Shown here one piece after another: positions 62,474-64,000 of a stretch of DNA of 64,000 nt. Where the stretch lies: the IMG/VR virus record IMGVR_UViG_3300032272_000005, positions 1-64,000 of that record; one strand, written 5' to 3'. Each line of letters starts with the position of its first letter. The first letter of the stretch is position 1. This DNA is from a virus. Taxonomy: Duplodnaviria > Caudoviricetes. The position numbers and the translations under genes are program-made. The notes beneath the pieces are model-generated. The model was not told where the DNA came from, did no database searches, and saw only the letters and a program-made list of their open reading frames with translations.

Positions 62474-64000
62474 TCAGGTTACATCCAGTAGGTCAAGTAA
62501 ATCTATTGATTTGGTAAACTTGGAGGGTGTGAGCGTTCCTGTTGCGCTACGGAATTCTGTTAGGGCATTTCCTTCGGTTCCGAAGACGATATGCCCCGCC
62601 AAACTATCTCTGAAGTATTTGATAAACCCTTGATGAATAACCCCCACTTTGTTGGAGATCAAATCCTCACCATGACCAGTAAAATCCACTTCAAATGCAG
62701 CATGGTTTTTGCTGTCGGCTTTCTTGTGTTTTTCAGCCGCGATTATTTTTTCTTCCGTATCTGCCATGTTGCCAAGGTCAAGCACATAGGTGCGGTGCGT
62801 TCCCGCGTCTGAGTTTTTAAGGAAGAACACGTTATCAGATATGTCGCCGCCATGCTTATCGAATTCAGCTTTTAAAATGTCGTACAGTTCGGTAACGTCT
62901 CCACCAACGGATATATCCATTTTGCCAACCCAGACGCCGCCAGTGCCCCCGTCAATCGTTATAGTCTCACCCCTAACCATTGTGTTACCACCGATCTTTA
63001 CAAAGTCTACACCGTCGTTATGGGTGAACTCAAGATCATCAGCCCCGACAACTGCCGAAACTCCAATGCCCCTTGCGACAACCGCAGAGTGACATGTGAA
63101 GCCACCCGTCTTGGTCAGGATTGCACCCGCCGCAGCCATTTGTGGGAAGTCTTCGGGTTGGGTATCTTCCGCAACCAGAATACAGGTTTTGTCGATGTCG
63201 CCTAACGGGGTGTCTCTCCAAACGATCCGACCAGAAAATGCAGATGGTGAAGCGGCAAGCCCAACAACACAGGGTTCATCTTTGGAAGATACGAATGAGA
63301 CTTTGGAACTTTCAACCATTCTGCGTGTCAGGCGTTTCTTCAAATAGTTCAAAGGGATTTTTTCCTCTTTGGCAAATTGGACAGCCGTGTCGATCCGTGC
63401 CTTGGCAGACATTTTAGCTGTCCGCGTTTGCAGCACATAAAGCGTTCCGCTCTCGACAGTGAACTCAATATCTTGGACGTCTTTGTAGCGGGTTTCCAGT
63501 TTCCCGCACAGGTCACGTAACTTCACATAAAGCGCGTGTTTCTCGCCGCCCTCATCCCACAGTTCATTGATATTCTGCGGTGTGATTTCGCCTGACACAA
63601 TTTCTTCACCTTGGCAGTTGAACCCGATTTCACCAGTGATTTTATTTTCGCCAGTGGCAGGGTCGCGGGTGAACATTACGCCACTTCCAGAAAGCCCATC
63701 TGCGGTTCCCATTACCATGCGCTGGACTATACAGGCCGTTCCCATGTTATCGTCAATATCGTGCATCTTGCGGTAGGCTTTGGCGCGTGGTGTATTCCAG
63801 CTTTCGAATACTGCGGTGACGCATGAGGTCACTTGGTCAATTCTTTCAGATGGGATTGTCACGCCAGCCGCGTGTCCAAGTAAACGATCCAGCAATACAT
63901 TTTTGAAAGTGCCAAATGTTTCTGAGCGTTTCTTGATTTCATCCATCAGGTATTTCACCCGCTCTTTGGATATGTCTTTTACAATGGTCAACCAGCCCGT
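62474..64000 (-). CDS. PPDK-like ATP-grasp + phospho-His swivel protein lacking the PEP/pyruvate barrel (5' end outside the window)
   Basis: AVF.SWN..RA..YR, GTA..VQ.MV, SG.GV.FTRDP.TGE, QGEE.VSG, QD.EFT.E...LQTR and GG.T.H.AVVARG; the frame stays open to nt 64000. Confidence 0.9.
   Translation of the reverse strand, partial: TGWLTIVKDISKERVKYLMDEIKKRSETFGTFKNVLLDRLLGHAAGVTIPSERIDQVTSCVTAVFESWNTPRAKAYRKMHDIDDNMGTACIVQRMVMGTADGLSGSGVMFTRDPATGENKITGEIGFNCQGEEIVSGEITPQNINELWDEGGEKHALYVKLRDLCGKLETRYKDVQDIEFTVESGTLYVLQTRTAKMSAKARIDTAVQFAKEEKIPLNYLKKRLTRRMVESSKVSFVSSKDEPCVVGLAASPSAFSGRIVWRDTPLGDIDKTCILVAEDTQPEDFPQMAAAGAILTKTGGFTCHSAVVARGIGVSAVVGADDLEFTHNDGVDFVKIGGNTMVRGETITIDGGTGGVWVGKMDISVGGDVTELYDILKAEFDKHGGDISDNVFFLKNSDAGTHRTYVLDLGNMADTEEKIIAAEKHKKADSKNHAAFEVDFTGHGEDLISNKVGVIHQGFIKYFRDSLAGHIVFGTEGNALTEFRSATGTLTPSKFTKSIDLLDLLDVT

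Larger units (their letters stand above)
703..63039. repeat. Dispersed 16-bp palindrome NTGATCT-TG-AG(A/T)TCAN (14 exact-core copies + 2 variants)
   Basis: Starts at 8256, 12547, 19334, 23385, 28374, 32459, 34374, 36141, 40055, 48594, 49389, 51607, 56559, 63024; variants at 703 and 30144. Confidence 0.95.

Noticed and set aside
703-63039. Palindrome as a host CRP/FNR box or an integron attC site
   Set aside because: The half-site spacing (GTGA-N8-TCAC) differs from CRP (N6) and FixK/FNR (TTGAT-N4-ATCAA). There is no attC R/L box structure, no integrase in the window, and copies occur inside essential genes.
1-64000. Genome-wide TAG recoding (alternative genetic code) suggested by the CUA tRNA
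   Set aside because: Long genes are intact under the standard code, and TAG ends several genes exactly where the next one starts (for example 378, 1608, 17790, 40070, 51680).
62474-64000. Annotation as a functional ppdK auxiliary metabolic gene
   Set aside because: The C-terminal PEP/pyruvate-binding barrel is missing, so no gene symbol was assigned.

Overview
This is a 64-kb segment of a large tailed dsDNA phage genome (siphovirus-type tail; GC roughly 45-50% by eye), with essentially all genes on the minus strand. The host is probably an alphaproteobacterium, inferred from a GTA-like tail tip (DUF2460, DUF2163, NlpC/P60, large tail protein, DUF2793) and CTTG-N17-CTA promoters. In transcription order (right to left) the window contains: (1) a PPDK-like phosphotransferase lacking the PEP/pyruvate domain, a CsrA-like protein, two CX5R phosphatases and two unknown partners; (2) a family A DNA polymerase with a 338-aa intein; (3) a PBSX-type portal and a MuF-ADP-ribosyltransferase fusion; (4) a ~24-kb block of small early/accessory genes driven by a repeated TTGACA promoter family, which splits the head module; (5) XkdF-like protease, scaffold, major capsid, neck, tail tube, chaperone with a -1 frameshift, tape measure and tail tip genes; (6) endolysin and spanins; (7) a six-gene glycosyltransferase/methyltransferase cluster. 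No terminase, integrase or CRISPR array is visible. The strongest candidate for an undescribed system is a self-contained cassette at 29695-30270. Its leader carries a mini-ORF M-E-R-N-UAG-K-P-P-UAA followed by an 11-bp hairpin that hides the ribosome-binding site of a conserved-looking phage gene, which has the geometry of a sensor of amber read-through. An atypical tRNA with a CUA-centred anticodon loop lies about 370 bp upstream. Also notable are 14 exact (plus 2 variant) copies of a 16-bp palindrome spread across the window, a promoter-terminator-bounded ~80-nt sRNA, the PPDK/phosphatase cluster and the late glycan cluster. Family assignments come from motif recognition by eye, not from database searches.
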